Assembly: GCA_034440375.1 (NCBI GenBank)
Contig: JAWXBZ010000093.1
Span: 1-19,456, forward strand
Reading direction: 5' to 3'
Length of the DNA stretch: 19,456 nt
Origin: Candidatus Eiseniibacteriota bacterium
Lineage (GTDB): Bacteria; Eisenbacteria; RBG-16-71-46; JABDJR01; JAWXBZ01
The notes beneath the pieces were generated by a model. The model did no database searches and had not been told where the DNA came from. It was given only the letters and a program-made list of their open reading frames with translations. The position numbers were made by a program, and so were the translations under genes. Positions 11,012-19,413 of this stretch are shown here, in pieces. Position 1 is the first letter of the stretch, and every line of letters starts with the position of its first letter.

Positions 11012-13183
11012 GTGAGGCCGATCACCTTCCTGTTCGGCGTCCACAACCACCAGCCGGTTGGCAATTTCGATTGGGTGATCGAGGACGCGTATCAGAAAGC
11101 CTACAAGCCATTCCTCGACGTGCTCGAGCGGCACCCCGGCATACGTCTCGCGCTGCACAACTCGGGCATCCTGCTGGACTGGTACGACCGGAACCACCCC
11201 GAATATCTCCAGCGCATCGGCGTCCTGGTGAAACGGGGCCAGATCGAACCAATGACCGGCGGATATTACGAACCGATTCTGCCGTCGATCCCGGACGCCG
11301 ACAAGGTCGGCCAGATTCGCAAGATGAGTGCCTGGATCGAAGAGCGCTGGGGCCAGCCGCCGACGGGCCTCTGGCTTACCGAACGCGTGTGGGAACCGAC
11401 GCTGGTTGGCCCCCTGGTGGAAGCCGGGGTCCGCTACCTCATGGTCGATGACGCCCATTTCCTTGCTGCCGGCGCGGAGCCGGACCGACTCTGGAACTGG
11501 TGGTTGACCGAGGACAATGGTGCCTCCGTGGGCGTTTGGCCGATTTCCAGGCAGCTGCGATATCTCGTCCCCTTTGAGCCGCCCGAGCAGACGATCGATC
11601 TGTTGAGGGATCTGGCGGCCGGCGGGACCGACCGGGTGGCCCTGCTGGCGGACGACGGCGAAAAGTTCGGGGTCTGGCCGGACACGTTTGAGCGCGTTTA
11701 CGCCGGGGGGTGGCTGGACAAATTTTTCACGCTCCTTGCGGCGAATGCCGACTGGCTCAAGATGGAACTTCCGGGCCAGGTCGCTCGCTCACGTCGTCCG
11801 GCCGGACGCATCTACTTGCCGACGGCGTCCTACGGCGAGATGATGGAGTGGGCGCTCCCGACCAGTGTGCAGAAGGTGTATCACCCCTTCCATGCGAAAC
11901 TGGAGCGCGACCAGGCGCCGGAAGCTCGTTTCGTGCGCGGGGGATTCTGGCGAAACTTCCTGGCCAGGTATCCCGAGTCGAATCTGATGCACAAGCGGAT
12001 GCTCGACTTGAGGCGCCGACTTGTGGCCGGCAGCCCTCCCGATGAAACGCGCACGGCTGTTCTGGATGACGTCTGGCAGGCCCAGTGCAATTGCGCCTAC
12101 TGGCACGGCGTCTTCGGCGGTCTCTATCTGCCGCACCTGCGCGACGGGTTGTACCGGCACATTCTCAGTGGTCAGGTGCGTCTGGATCAGGCCGTCGCGG
12201 GGGGGAAGCCGTTCCTCCGCGTCGAGCGACTCGACCTGGATGTCGACGGCGAGGAGGAGATCCTGCTGTCGAATGCGAGTCTCGGCATTCTGCTGGCGCC
12301 GGCCAGAGGCGGTGCCATCGAATCGATCGACTATTACCCGCGGCTGCGCAATCTCTCCCACGGCATGACGCGCAGACCCGAGGCCTATCACGACGCCCTG
12401 ATCGCCGCCGGAACTCCGGGGCCAACAGAACCCGCCGCAACCGTGACAGCCGCCCCGGCCGACGACGGTGCCATCCAGAGCATTCATGACCGGGTCGAGA
12501 TGAAGGAGCCCGGACTGGATCGAAAGCTCGTCTTCGACTGGTATCGCCGCCTCTCGCTCCTCGATCATCTCCTAAAGGACGATGTGACGATCGAACAGTT
12601 CGATCGCGCCGATTTCGCCGAGCAGGGTGATTTCCTGACGCAGCCCTATGAAGGACAGATCCTTCCGTCGGCCGACCGGTCCCGGGTGACACTCTCCCGC
12701 GAGGGGACCGTCTGGCTTTCCGGCCGAAGCCGTCAAATGCGCATCGAAAAGGTGGTGGCGATGGAGGCGACGACCTCGCGGGTCGACATCGAGTATCACC
12801 TGACCTCGCGGGAGGCGACATCGATGGAATTTCGATTCGGTGTCGAGTTCAATTTCACCATGCTGGCCGGCGACGCCCCCGACCGCTGGTACGAGATCGA
12901 TGGCCAAAAGCCCGTCGATCAGCCGAACCTGGGCGGGCGTGGCGAACACAAGGGCGTGCGGGGGGTGAGCCTTCACGATGCCTGGGAAGAATTCTCGATT
13001 CACCTTTCCTGGTCGCCGGCCGCCGATCTGTGGCGGGTGCCCATTGATACCATCTCGCAGTCCGAAGCCGGTTTCGAGCGGGTCTATCAAAGTTCCTGCC
13101 TCGTGCCGCACTGGTGTGTCCGCCTTGCGCCCGGCGAAGTCTTCAATCTCTCACTGTCACTCACGGTGAACGACCGGGCCTGA
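11012..13183 (+). CDS. GH57 alpha-amylase/4-alpha-glucanotransferase (C-terminal DUF1925/DUF1926-type domains), cytoplasmic
   Basis: HNHQPVGN, GGYYEPIL, GLWLTERVWEP (nucleophile Glu), DDGEKFGVWP (acid/base Asp), QCNCAYWHGVFGGLYLPHLR, SQSEAGFERVYQ; no signal peptide. Confidence 0.92.
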   Translation: MRPITFLFGVHNHQPVGNFDWVIEDAYQKAYKPFLDVLERHPGIRLALHNSGILLDWYDRNHPEYLQRIGVLVKRGQIEPMTGGYYEPILPSIPDADKVGQIRKMSAWIEERWGQPPTGLWLTERVWEPTLVGPLVEAGVRYLMVDDAHFLAAGAEPDRLWNWWLTEDNGASVGVWPISRQLRYLVPFEPPEQTIDLLRDLAAGGTDRVALLADDGEKFGVWPDTFERVYAGGWLDKFFTLLAANADWLKMELPGQVARSRRPAGRIYLPTASYGEMMEWALPTSVQKVYHPFHAKLERDQAPEARFVRGGFWRNFLARYPESNLMHKRMLDLRRRLVAGSPPDETRTAVLDDVWQAQCNCAYWHGVFGGLYLPHLRDGLYRHILSGQVRLDQAVAGGKPFLRVERLDLDVDGEEEILLSNASLGILLAPARGGAIESIDYYPRLRNLSHGMTRRPEAYHDALIAAGTPGPTEPAATVTAAPADDGAIQSIHDRVEMKEPGLDRKLVFDWYRRLSLLDHLLKDDVTIEQFDRADFAEQGDFLTQPYEGQILPSADRSRVTLSREGTVWLSGRSRQMRIEKVVAMEATTSRVDIEYHLTSREATSMEFRFGVEFNFTMLAGDAPDRWYEIDGQKPVDQPNLGGRGEHKGVRGVSLHDAWEEFSIHLSWSPAADLWRVPIDTISQSEAGFERVYQSSCLVPHWCVRLAPGEVFNLSLSLTVNDRA

Positions 13184-13229
13184 GGTCCGGCCGGCCCTGG
13201 CCGGCATCACGAATACCGGGAGTTCGTCC

Positions 13230-14000
13230 ATGGACGGCGACGCTTTTCAGATCCTCCTTCTCCTGCTGCTCGGGGCCTGGGCCGCCGTTGATACCGCGGC
13301 CTGGGGCCAGTTCATGGTCGGACAGCCACTCGCGGCCGGCTGGCTGGCCGGCGTCATTGTTGGCGAACCGCTGGCTGGCCTCCTGATGGGGGCTGCCTTG
13401 CAGATGCTCTGGAGTCGACTGGCACCGGTTGGTGCGGCGGCCTATCCCGATGTCGGCCCCGCCACGGTGGGAGGGGTTGGTCTCCTGAGCTTCTGGCCCG
13501 GGCCGCGGGCGCCCCATGACGGCGTGCTCGATTGGCCGGTGCGTCTCGGTTTTCAACGGGTTCCCGAGGGGTGGCAACTCGAGACGTCCCCGCTGGCGAT
13601 ACTCGCCGGTATCGGTCTGGCGCTGCTGGCCGGGTGGGCCGGTCAGCGGTTGGTCGCCCGGATGCGGCACGCCAACGCGGACCTGGGTCGTGTGGCGGAT
13701 GAGGCGGCCCGTCGCGGTGACTTTGGTGGCGTCGAGCGGGCCAATCGACTCGGCCTCCTCCGGGCGGCAGTTCTCGGTACTGCCCAAACCGGTGCCATCC
13801 TTGCTGCCGGGTGGCTGGCGGCGATCGCCCTGGCCAGGGTTCTGCCCGCGGCTCCAATCGGCTCCAACCCGGGAGTTCATCTCTTCTGGTGGATCGCCCT
13901 CGCCGCCCTCGGCACGTCGCTCTGGTCCGGCGTCCGGCGCGACTGGATCTGGATTGCCTCCGGTCTTCTGGCCGGTACCACCCTGGTCGGAATTCTCTGA
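13230..14000 (+). CDS. PTS mannose-family IIC permease subunit
   Basis: Multi-TM protein; GQFMVGQPL, GLLMGAALQMLW, PVGAAAYPD; GGGAG SD. Confidence 0.85.
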   Translation: MDGDAFQILLLLLLGAWAAVDTAAWGQFMVGQPLAAGWLAGVIVGEPLAGLLMGAALQMLWSRLAPVGAAAYPDVGPATVGGVGLLSFWPGPRAPHDGVLDWPVRLGFQRVPEGWQLETSPLAILAGIGLALLAGWAGQRLVARMRHANADLGRVADEAARRGDFGGVERANRLGLLRAAVLGTAQTGAILAAGWLAAIALARVLPAAPIGSNPGVHLFWWIALAALGTSLWSGVRRDWIWIASGLLAGTTLVGIL

Positions 14001-14001
14001 C

Positions 14002-14817
14002 ATGAGGGTCGACGAGCGTCGTCCGACACTTCCCGAAGCCCGACTCGGGCGGCGGCGCCATCTCGCGCTCCTCGGCCGGTCGCTGCTGCTGCAATCCTCG
14101 TGGAGTTTCGAACGAATGCAGGCGGTCGGTTTCGCCTCGCTTCTGGCGGGAGAGGGCCGGCGACTGACGAAAGGGCGACCCGATGCGGCGGCCGCATTCC
14201 TCAACCGGCAGCTGATGCTCTTCAACACGAATCCGCCCCTGGCTGGCTACCTGGCCGGGGTCATCCTGCGCCTCGAGGAAGAGGTAGCCCGACACGAGGC
14301 GGAGAGGCCCGACGAGGCCGCCCGGACATTGGAAGAGATTCGGCGATTCAGGCGGGCCGCTGCCAGCGCTTTCGCCGCCTGGGGTGATCGATTTTTCTGG
14401 GCCACTCTGCGTCCCGTGGCCACCGGCCTCGGAGTCCTGCTCGTCATACTGGGCGGGGCCTGGGGGGCGGTGGCCTGGCTGATCGTCTACAATGCCGCCC
14501 ACCTTTACTATCGCTACCAGGGCCTGTCCGACGGATACCGTTTTGGTCCGGCCGTGGCGAAACGGGTTGCCGAGTCGATTCTGAAACGGTTGCCGGATGG
14601 CGTCCGGCCCCTGGGCCTTCTGGCCGTGGGGGCCTTGATACCCGTCTCCCTGGCGGCGGGGAAGGCGGCTTTCGGGTGGCCCACGGCGGCCGGGTTTCTG
14701 GCAACGGGCCTGTTGATGGCGCTGGTTCTAAGGCGCCGGGGCGGTCTCGGCTGGGCCTGGGGCTTTGTGGCAGTGCTGTTCGGTTTCGCTTGGGCCGTCC
14801 GTCTGCACGGTCGATGA
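14002..14817 (+). CDS. PTS mannose-family IID subunit
   Basis: LQSSWSFERMQAVGF, FNTNP, GDRFFWATLRP, YN...YRYQG...GYRFG. Start is ATG 14002, 1 nt after the IIC stop; the ORF-track extension to 13516 is spurious. Confidence 0.9.
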   Translation: MRVDERRPTLPEARLGRRRHLALLGRSLLLQSSWSFERMQAVGFASLLAGEGRRLTKGRPDAAAAFLNRQLMLFNTNPPLAGYLAGVILRLEEEVARHEAERPDEAARTLEEIRRFRRAAASAFAAWGDRFFWATLRPVATGLGVLLVILGGAWGAVAWLIVYNAAHLYYRYQGLSDGYRFGPAVAKRVAESILKRLPDGVRPLGLLAVGALIPVSLAAGKAAFGWPTAAGFLATGLLMALVLRRRGGLGWAWGFVAVLFGFAWAVRLHGR

Positions 14818-14845
14818 ATAGTGATGATTTGCGGGATGGAGCTCG

Positions 14846-15115
14846 ATGCCTGAAATCACGATCAAGATCACGAACGAAAAGGGGATGCATGCCCGGGCCG
14901 CGGCACTTTTTTCGCGCGAGGCCAGCCTCCACAAGGCCAGCGTTTTCGTTGCCCGGGAGGGGCTCGAGGTCAACGGCAAGAGCATCATGGGAGTCCTGAT
15001 GTTGGCCGCCTATTGCGGCAGTGAGATCACGATCAAGACGGACGGGGATGGGGCCGACGATGCGATGACCGCTCTGGTCGGGCTGATCGAGAACAAGTTC
15101 GGCGAGGATTCCTGA
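14846..15115 (+). CDS. ptsH: Phosphocarrier protein HPr
   Basis: NEKGMHARAAA (His15), VNGKSIMGVLMLAA (regulatory Ser46), C-terminal FGE. Confidence 0.96.
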   Translation: MPEITIKITNEKGMHARAAALFSREASLHKASVFVAREGLEVNGKSIMGVLMLAAYCGSEITIKTDGDGADDAMTALVGLIENKFGEDS

Positions 15116-15145
15116 CGTGACGACAAACAGGATCGTTGACAGGCG

Positions 15146-16948
15146 ATGAGCGGGGAAACCTGGTACGACGGCGTGGCCGCCTCGCCCGGAATCGTCATCG
15201 CCGAGGCCAGACGCTTCGTGGCGAAGGACATCGATGTCGAGGAAACCGTGCTGGCTCCTGACGACATCACGGACGAGATTTCACGTTTTCGCCGCGCCAT
15301 CGACGACGCCCGCCAGGAATTGAACGATGTCCGCGCGACCACCGCCGAACTCCTGGACGAGGAGCACGCCCAGATTTTCGACACCCACCTCTCGATTCTC
15401 GACGACCCGATGGCTTTCGATGACACGATCGGCCATATCCGTTCCGAGAAAAAAGGGGCGGCCTGGCTGTTCCGGCGAAACCTGTCCCGAATCGCCGATG
15501 CTCTCGAGCAGCGCGGCGACCCCTACTTCAGCGAACGCGCCCAGGACATTCGTGATGTGAAGCGGCGCGTCCTGCGCCGTCTGCTTGGCGCTCCGGACGC
15601 CGGACGTCCCGTGCTCGACCGCCCGGGGATCCTGGTCGCGCATGAGATCTCGCCCAGCGACGCGGTCTTCCTTGATCCCAGGATTGTCCTTGGCCTGGTT
15701 CTGGACATCGGCGGGCGGACCAGTCATGCCGCCATCATGGCCCGTTCGCGGGGTATTCCGGCCGTATCCGGACTCGACACGACCAGTCATGAGATCAATT
15801 CCGGCGATATGCTCATCCTGGACGGCCTGAAGGGCCGGGTCATCTCGAATCCACTGGAAGAGACGCTGTTCGACTACCGCCGAAGGCTTGTCCGATGGCG
15901 CGAAGCGGAGGTTCGCTGCGAGGCGCTCCTCACACTGCCGGCGGAGACGATTGACGGACGAATGCTCACGCTGGCCGCCAACATGGAAATGCCCGAGGAG
16001 GCTGATCAGGCGCTGGCGCGCGGGGCCATGGGCGTGGGACTTTTTCGGACCGAGTTTTTTCTCGTCCGCCATCACCGCTTCCCGGACGAGGAAATCCAGT
16101 ACCAGGCCTATCGGAGCGTCGTCGAAAAAATGGCCCCGTGGCCGGTGATCATCCGCACACTCGACGTCGGGGGCGACAAGTTTGCCAGCTATCTCGGGGC
16201 GGCCCCCGAGGACAACCCGTTCCTTGGCATGCGCGGCATCCGGTTCCTGCCGGACCACCGCGAGCTCTTTCGCAGTCAGATCCGGGCGGCGTATCGGGCC
16301 AGCGGTCACGGCAAAGTGAAGATTCTCCTGCCGATGGTGTCGGGCCTCGAGGAAGTCCGCCATATGCGCGCCCTGTGCGCGCAGGTGATGACCGAGTTGA
16401 CGGCCGAACAGAAGGCGTTCGACCCGGAGGTCGAACTCGGCATCATGGTCGAAGTGCCGTCCACGGTCATCCTGGCCGACCTCCTGGCCCGCGAAACCGA
16501 TTTTTTCAGCATCGGTTCAAACGACCTGATTCAATACACGCTGGCGGTCGACCGCGGTTCCTCGCGCGTGGCTCATCTGTACGAACCGCTCCATCCCGCC
16601 GTCCTCCGGTCGATCCGGCGCGTGGTCGATGTGGCCCATGCCGAAGGGCGATGGGTCGGCATCTGCGGCGAGATGGCCGGCGACCCCACGGCGGCCGTCC
16701 TGCTCATCGGTCTCGGCCTCGATGAATTTTCCGTTGGCTCCTCGCTCCTCCCGGAGGTAAAGCGGGTCATCCGCGGCGTCAGCTACGCGGAGGCGCGCGG
16801 CTGGGCCGACCACGCGGCCACGTTGGCCACCGCCCTTGAGGTTCGAGGGTTCATGGAGCCGCTCATGAACCAACGATTTGCCGACATCCTCGGCGACACC
16901 GGGAACGGAAACGGGTCACCACATGCCGCAACCGGCGTGGCTCCATGA
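15146..16948 (+). CDS. ptsI: PEP-protein phosphotransferase (Enzyme I, no GAF domain)
   Basis: GVAASPGI, GGRTSHAAIMARS (phospho-His), GVGLFRTEF, IIRTLDVGGDK, NPFLGMRGIR, FSIGSNDLIQY, GICGEMAGDP. Confidence 0.97.
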   Translation: MSGETWYDGVAASPGIVIAEARRFVAKDIDVEETVLAPDDITDEISRFRRAIDDARQELNDVRATTAELLDEEHAQIFDTHLSILDDPMAFDDTIGHIRSEKKGAAWLFRRNLSRIADALEQRGDPYFSERAQDIRDVKRRVLRRLLGAPDAGRPVLDRPGILVAHEISPSDAVFLDPRIVLGLVLDIGGRTSHAAIMARSRGIPAVSGLDTTSHEINSGDMLILDGLKGRVISNPLEETLFDYRRRLVRWREAEVRCEALLTLPAETIDGRMLTLAANMEMPEEADQALARGAMGVGLFRTEFFLVRHHRFPDEEIQYQAYRSVVEKMAPWPVIIRTLDVGGDKFASYLGAAPEDNPFLGMRGIRFLPDHRELFRSQIRAAYRASGHGKVKILLPMVSGLEEVRHMRALCAQVMTELTAEQKAFDPEVELGIMVEVPSTVILADLLARETDFFSIGSNDLIQYTLAVDRGSSRVAHLYEPLHPAVLRSIRRVVDVAHAEGRWVGICGEMAGDPTAAVLLIGLGLDEFSVGSSLLPEVKRVIRGVSYAEARGWADHAATLATALEVRGFMEPLMNQRFADILGDTGNGNGSPHAATGVAP

Positions 16949-16985
16949 CGTCGATCGAATTCGTGCCCGATCGAGTGGCTCCATG
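16937..16985. repeat. 11-bp direct repeat GTGGCTCCATG (16937-16947, 16975-16985) enclosing a 7-bp inverted repeat TCGATCG/CGATCGA
   Basis: Read directly from the sequence at the ptsI / pgi-pmi junction. Confidence 0.7.
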
Positions 16986-18080
16986 GCGTTGATCGATGCC
17001 GCCAGGGCCCGCCAGCTTGATGACTTAGCCTTCGTGAGCCGCCTGGACTCGGCGGGGATGCTCCAGCGCGTCGCCGAGTTTCCCGCCCAGTTCGCCGTGA
17101 GGCCATCGGGTGAGGAACTCCATGACCTGGAACAGCTGCCTCCGGCCCGCCACTTGTGGATTGCGGCGATGGGCGGCTCGGCCTTCGCCGGCGAGATGCT
17201 GGCGGCCGGCCTGTATGTATCCGGCGTCGAGACTTCGCTGATCCGGGGGTATCAACTGCCGGCTGCCGCCCGTCCCGGGGACTGGCTGCTGACCATCTCG
17301 TACTCCGGCAATACCGAGGAGGCCCTCTCGGTCTTCGACGAGGCCGAGGCGCGGGGTCTTTCCCGGGTGGCGATCACGTCCGGCGGGGCGCTGGCCGAAC
17401 GCGCCCGCGCCGCCGGGGTGCCGCTTCTCATGCTGATCGGTGGATCGCCCCCCCGCGCGGCGGCAGGACTGGCCTACGCAGCCGCCTTTGAAGTTGGCGC
17501 ACGACTTCTCGCGCTGGGGACCGGGAGTCCCGAATGGCTCACGGATCCCGGGATGCTCGGCCAGCATCTGTCGCGCTGCGCTGGACTCTGGGGGCCGGAG
17601 GCGCCGACGGAACGTAACGAGGCCAAGCAAATCGCGCTGGCGCTGGACGGCCGTCTGCCGGTCATTTATTCCGGGGTCGGTCCCCCCGAGGCGGCTGCGC
17701 TGCGCTGGCGGACGCAAATCAACGAGAATGCGAAGGCACTCTGTCACACGGCCGCCGTCCCGGAGCTGGATCATAACGAGGTGGTTGGCTGGAGCGGCCC
17801 GGATGACTTCGTCCGGAGTGCCACGGTCGTCTTCCTCCGCGAGGGGGAGGAGGATCCGGGCACCAAGCGACGGCTGAGCGCCACACGCGAGTGGCTCGAG
17901 GGGCGCGGCGTGGTCACGCTTCTGGCCCGGGGGGAGGGAGGAAGCCCCCTCGAGCGCCTCTGGTGGCTCTGTCACCTCGGCGATTGGGTCAGCGTGTACC
18001 TCGGAGCGTTGCGCGGCGTTGATCCCACGCCCGTCACGGCCATCGATGAATTGAAAAGCCGCCTCAAAGAGATGTCGTAA
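16983..18080 (+). CDS. Bifunctional phosphoglucose/phosphomannose isomerase (SIS family)
   Basis: AMGGSA, ISYSGNTEE, ITSGGAL, PPRAA, WRTQINENAK, PELDHNE, VDPTPVTAIDELK. Start uncertain; ATG 16983 is the first in-frame ATG after ptsI. Confidence 0.9.
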   Translation: MALIDAARARQLDDLAFVSRLDSAGMLQRVAEFPAQFAVRPSGEELHDLEQLPPARHLWIAAMGGSAFAGEMLAAGLYVSGVETSLIRGYQLPAAARPGDWLLTISYSGNTEEALSVFDEAEARGLSRVAITSGGALAERARAAGVPLLMLIGGSPPRAAAGLAYAAAFEVGARLLALGTGSPEWLTDPGMLGQHLSRCAGLWGPEAPTERNEAKQIALALDGRLPVIYSGVGPPEAAALRWRTQINENAKALCHTAAVPELDHNEVVGWSGPDDFVRSATVVFLREGEEDPGTKRRLSATREWLEGRGVVTLLARGEGGSPLERLWWLCHLGDWVSVYLGALRGVDPTPVTAIDELKSRLKEMS

Positions 18081-18089
18081 GGAGACGAA

Positions 18090-19079
18090 GTGAACACCAG
18101 ACCGATCGCCATCATTCCCGTGGCTGGCGTAGGTTCGCGCCTGCGCCCGCATACGCACACGGTCCCCAAGGCCCTGATCAACGTGGCCGGCAAGCCGATG
18201 CTGGCCCACATCCTCGATGAACTGGAGAAGATCGGCATCGATGAGGCGGTGTTTGTCATCGGCCACATGGGGGATCAGATCGCGAACTACGTACAGAAGA
18301 AGCATCCGCGCATCAAATCGACGTTCATCGAGCAACCCGATCGAAAGGGACTCGGCCACGCCATCTGGCTGACGAAAGAGGCCGTGGGAGAGCGACCGGC
18401 CCTGATCATCCTCGGTGACACGATCTTTCGCGCCGACTTTCGGGGCGTTCTGGCCGCCGGTATTTCGAGCCTCGGCGTGAAGGAGGTCGAAGACCCACGC
18501 CGGTTCGGCGTGGCCATCGTCGTCGACGGGCGGATTACGCGCCTGGTGGAGAAGCCGGACTCGCCGATCAGCAAACTGGCGATCGTCGGCATTTACTACC
18601 TGATTCACTCGGGTCGGCTCTTTGCCTGCCTTGATGAACTGATCGCCATGGATCAGACAACGAAGGGGGAATACCAGCTGACCGATGCCCTCGAGCTGAT
18701 GCTCAGGAAGGGGGAGCCGATGACTGTTTTCGCGGTCGACGGCTGGTACGACTGCGGCAAGACCGAGACGCTTCTCTCCACTAATCAGGAACTGCTTGAT
18801 CTGGAAGCAAAGCCGATGACCCTGCCGGGATCCGTGATCGTTGATCCCGTGGCCATCGACCCGAGCGCCGTCATCGAGAACTCGATCATCGGTCCGCATG
18901 TCAGCATCGCCGCCGGGGCCGTCGTCCGCTGCGCCGTCGTCAGGAATTCCATCATCAACGAAAACGCCCACGTCGAGCTCATCCTCCTGGACGGCTCCCT
19001 GATCGGCGAACAGGCGGTGGTGAAGGGGCATTTCAAGCGGCTTAACGTGGGGGATTCGAGCGAAATCGAGATGGCGTAG
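18090..19079 (+). CDS. Sugar-1-phosphate nucleotidyltransferase (long RmlA/GCD1-like, C-terminal left-handed beta-helix)
   Basis: IIPVAGVGSRLRPHTHTVPKALINVAGKP, GLGHAI, LGDTIF, DPRRFGVA, LVEKP, GEYQLTDAL, WYDCGK, hexapeptide-like C-terminus; SD TAAGGAG. Substrate not determinable. Confidence 0.88.
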   Translation: MNTRPIAIIPVAGVGSRLRPHTHTVPKALINVAGKPMLAHILDELEKIGIDEAVFVIGHMGDQIANYVQKKHPRIKSTFIEQPDRKGLGHAIWLTKEAVGERPALIILGDTIFRADFRGVLAAGISSLGVKEVEDPRRFGVAIVVDGRITRLVEKPDSPISKLAIVGIYYLIHSGRLFACLDELIAMDQTTKGEYQLTDALELMLRKGEPMTVFAVDGWYDCGKTETLLSTNQELLDLEAKPMTLPGSVIVDPVAIDPSAVIENSIIGPHVSIAAGAVVRCAVVRNSIINENAHVELILLDGSLIGEQAVVKGHFKRLNVGDSSEIEMA

Positions 19080-19107
19080 GGAGGGGCAACCGGCATAGAA
19101 TTCCGGC

Positions 19108-19413
19108 ATGACCGATGACATTCGAATTCTGATCGACCCGGAGCGAATCGCCGACATCTGCCGCCGCCACCGAATTCGACGGATGTCACTGTACGGGTCT
19201 GTCATTCGCGACGACTTTACCGCGGACAGCGATGTGGGCGTCCTGGTCGAGCTCGATCCGGAATATCTCCCCGGCCTCGAGTACTTCGGCATCACCGTCG
19301 ATCTGGAAGCTCTCTTCGGTCGCCGCGTGGATGTCGTCCGCCCTACCGAGTTAAACCGTTATTACAAGGCCGATGTCCTCAGGGAGGCGGTTCCGATCTA
19401 TGTCGCGGCGTGA
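19108..19413 (+). CDS. Minimal nucleotidyltransferase (MNT) family antitoxin
   Basis: 101 aa; LYGSVIRDDFTADSDVGVLVE, LEALFGRRVDVV; overlaps the downstream HEPN-like start. Confidence 0.88.
   Translation: MTDDIRILIDPERIADICRRHRIRRMSLYGSVIRDDFTADSDVGVLVELDPEYLPGLEYFGITVDLEALFGRRVDVVRPTELNRYYKADVLREAVPIYVAA

Noticed and set aside
12404-12470. Pro/Ala/Thr-rich stretch in GH57
   Set aside because: Most likely a variable surface loop; no repeat periodicity or intein motifs
13516-14001. Apparent 162-aa N-terminal extension of IID
   Set aside because: Out-of-frame overlap with IIC; homology begins after ATG 14002
15136-15141. Perfect TTGACA before ptsI
   Set aside because: No -10 at 16-18 nt spacing, and any start would fall inside the CDS
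17025-19295. 756-aa minus-strand ORF
   Set aside because: Spans three well-supported + strand genes and has no motifs; shadow ORF
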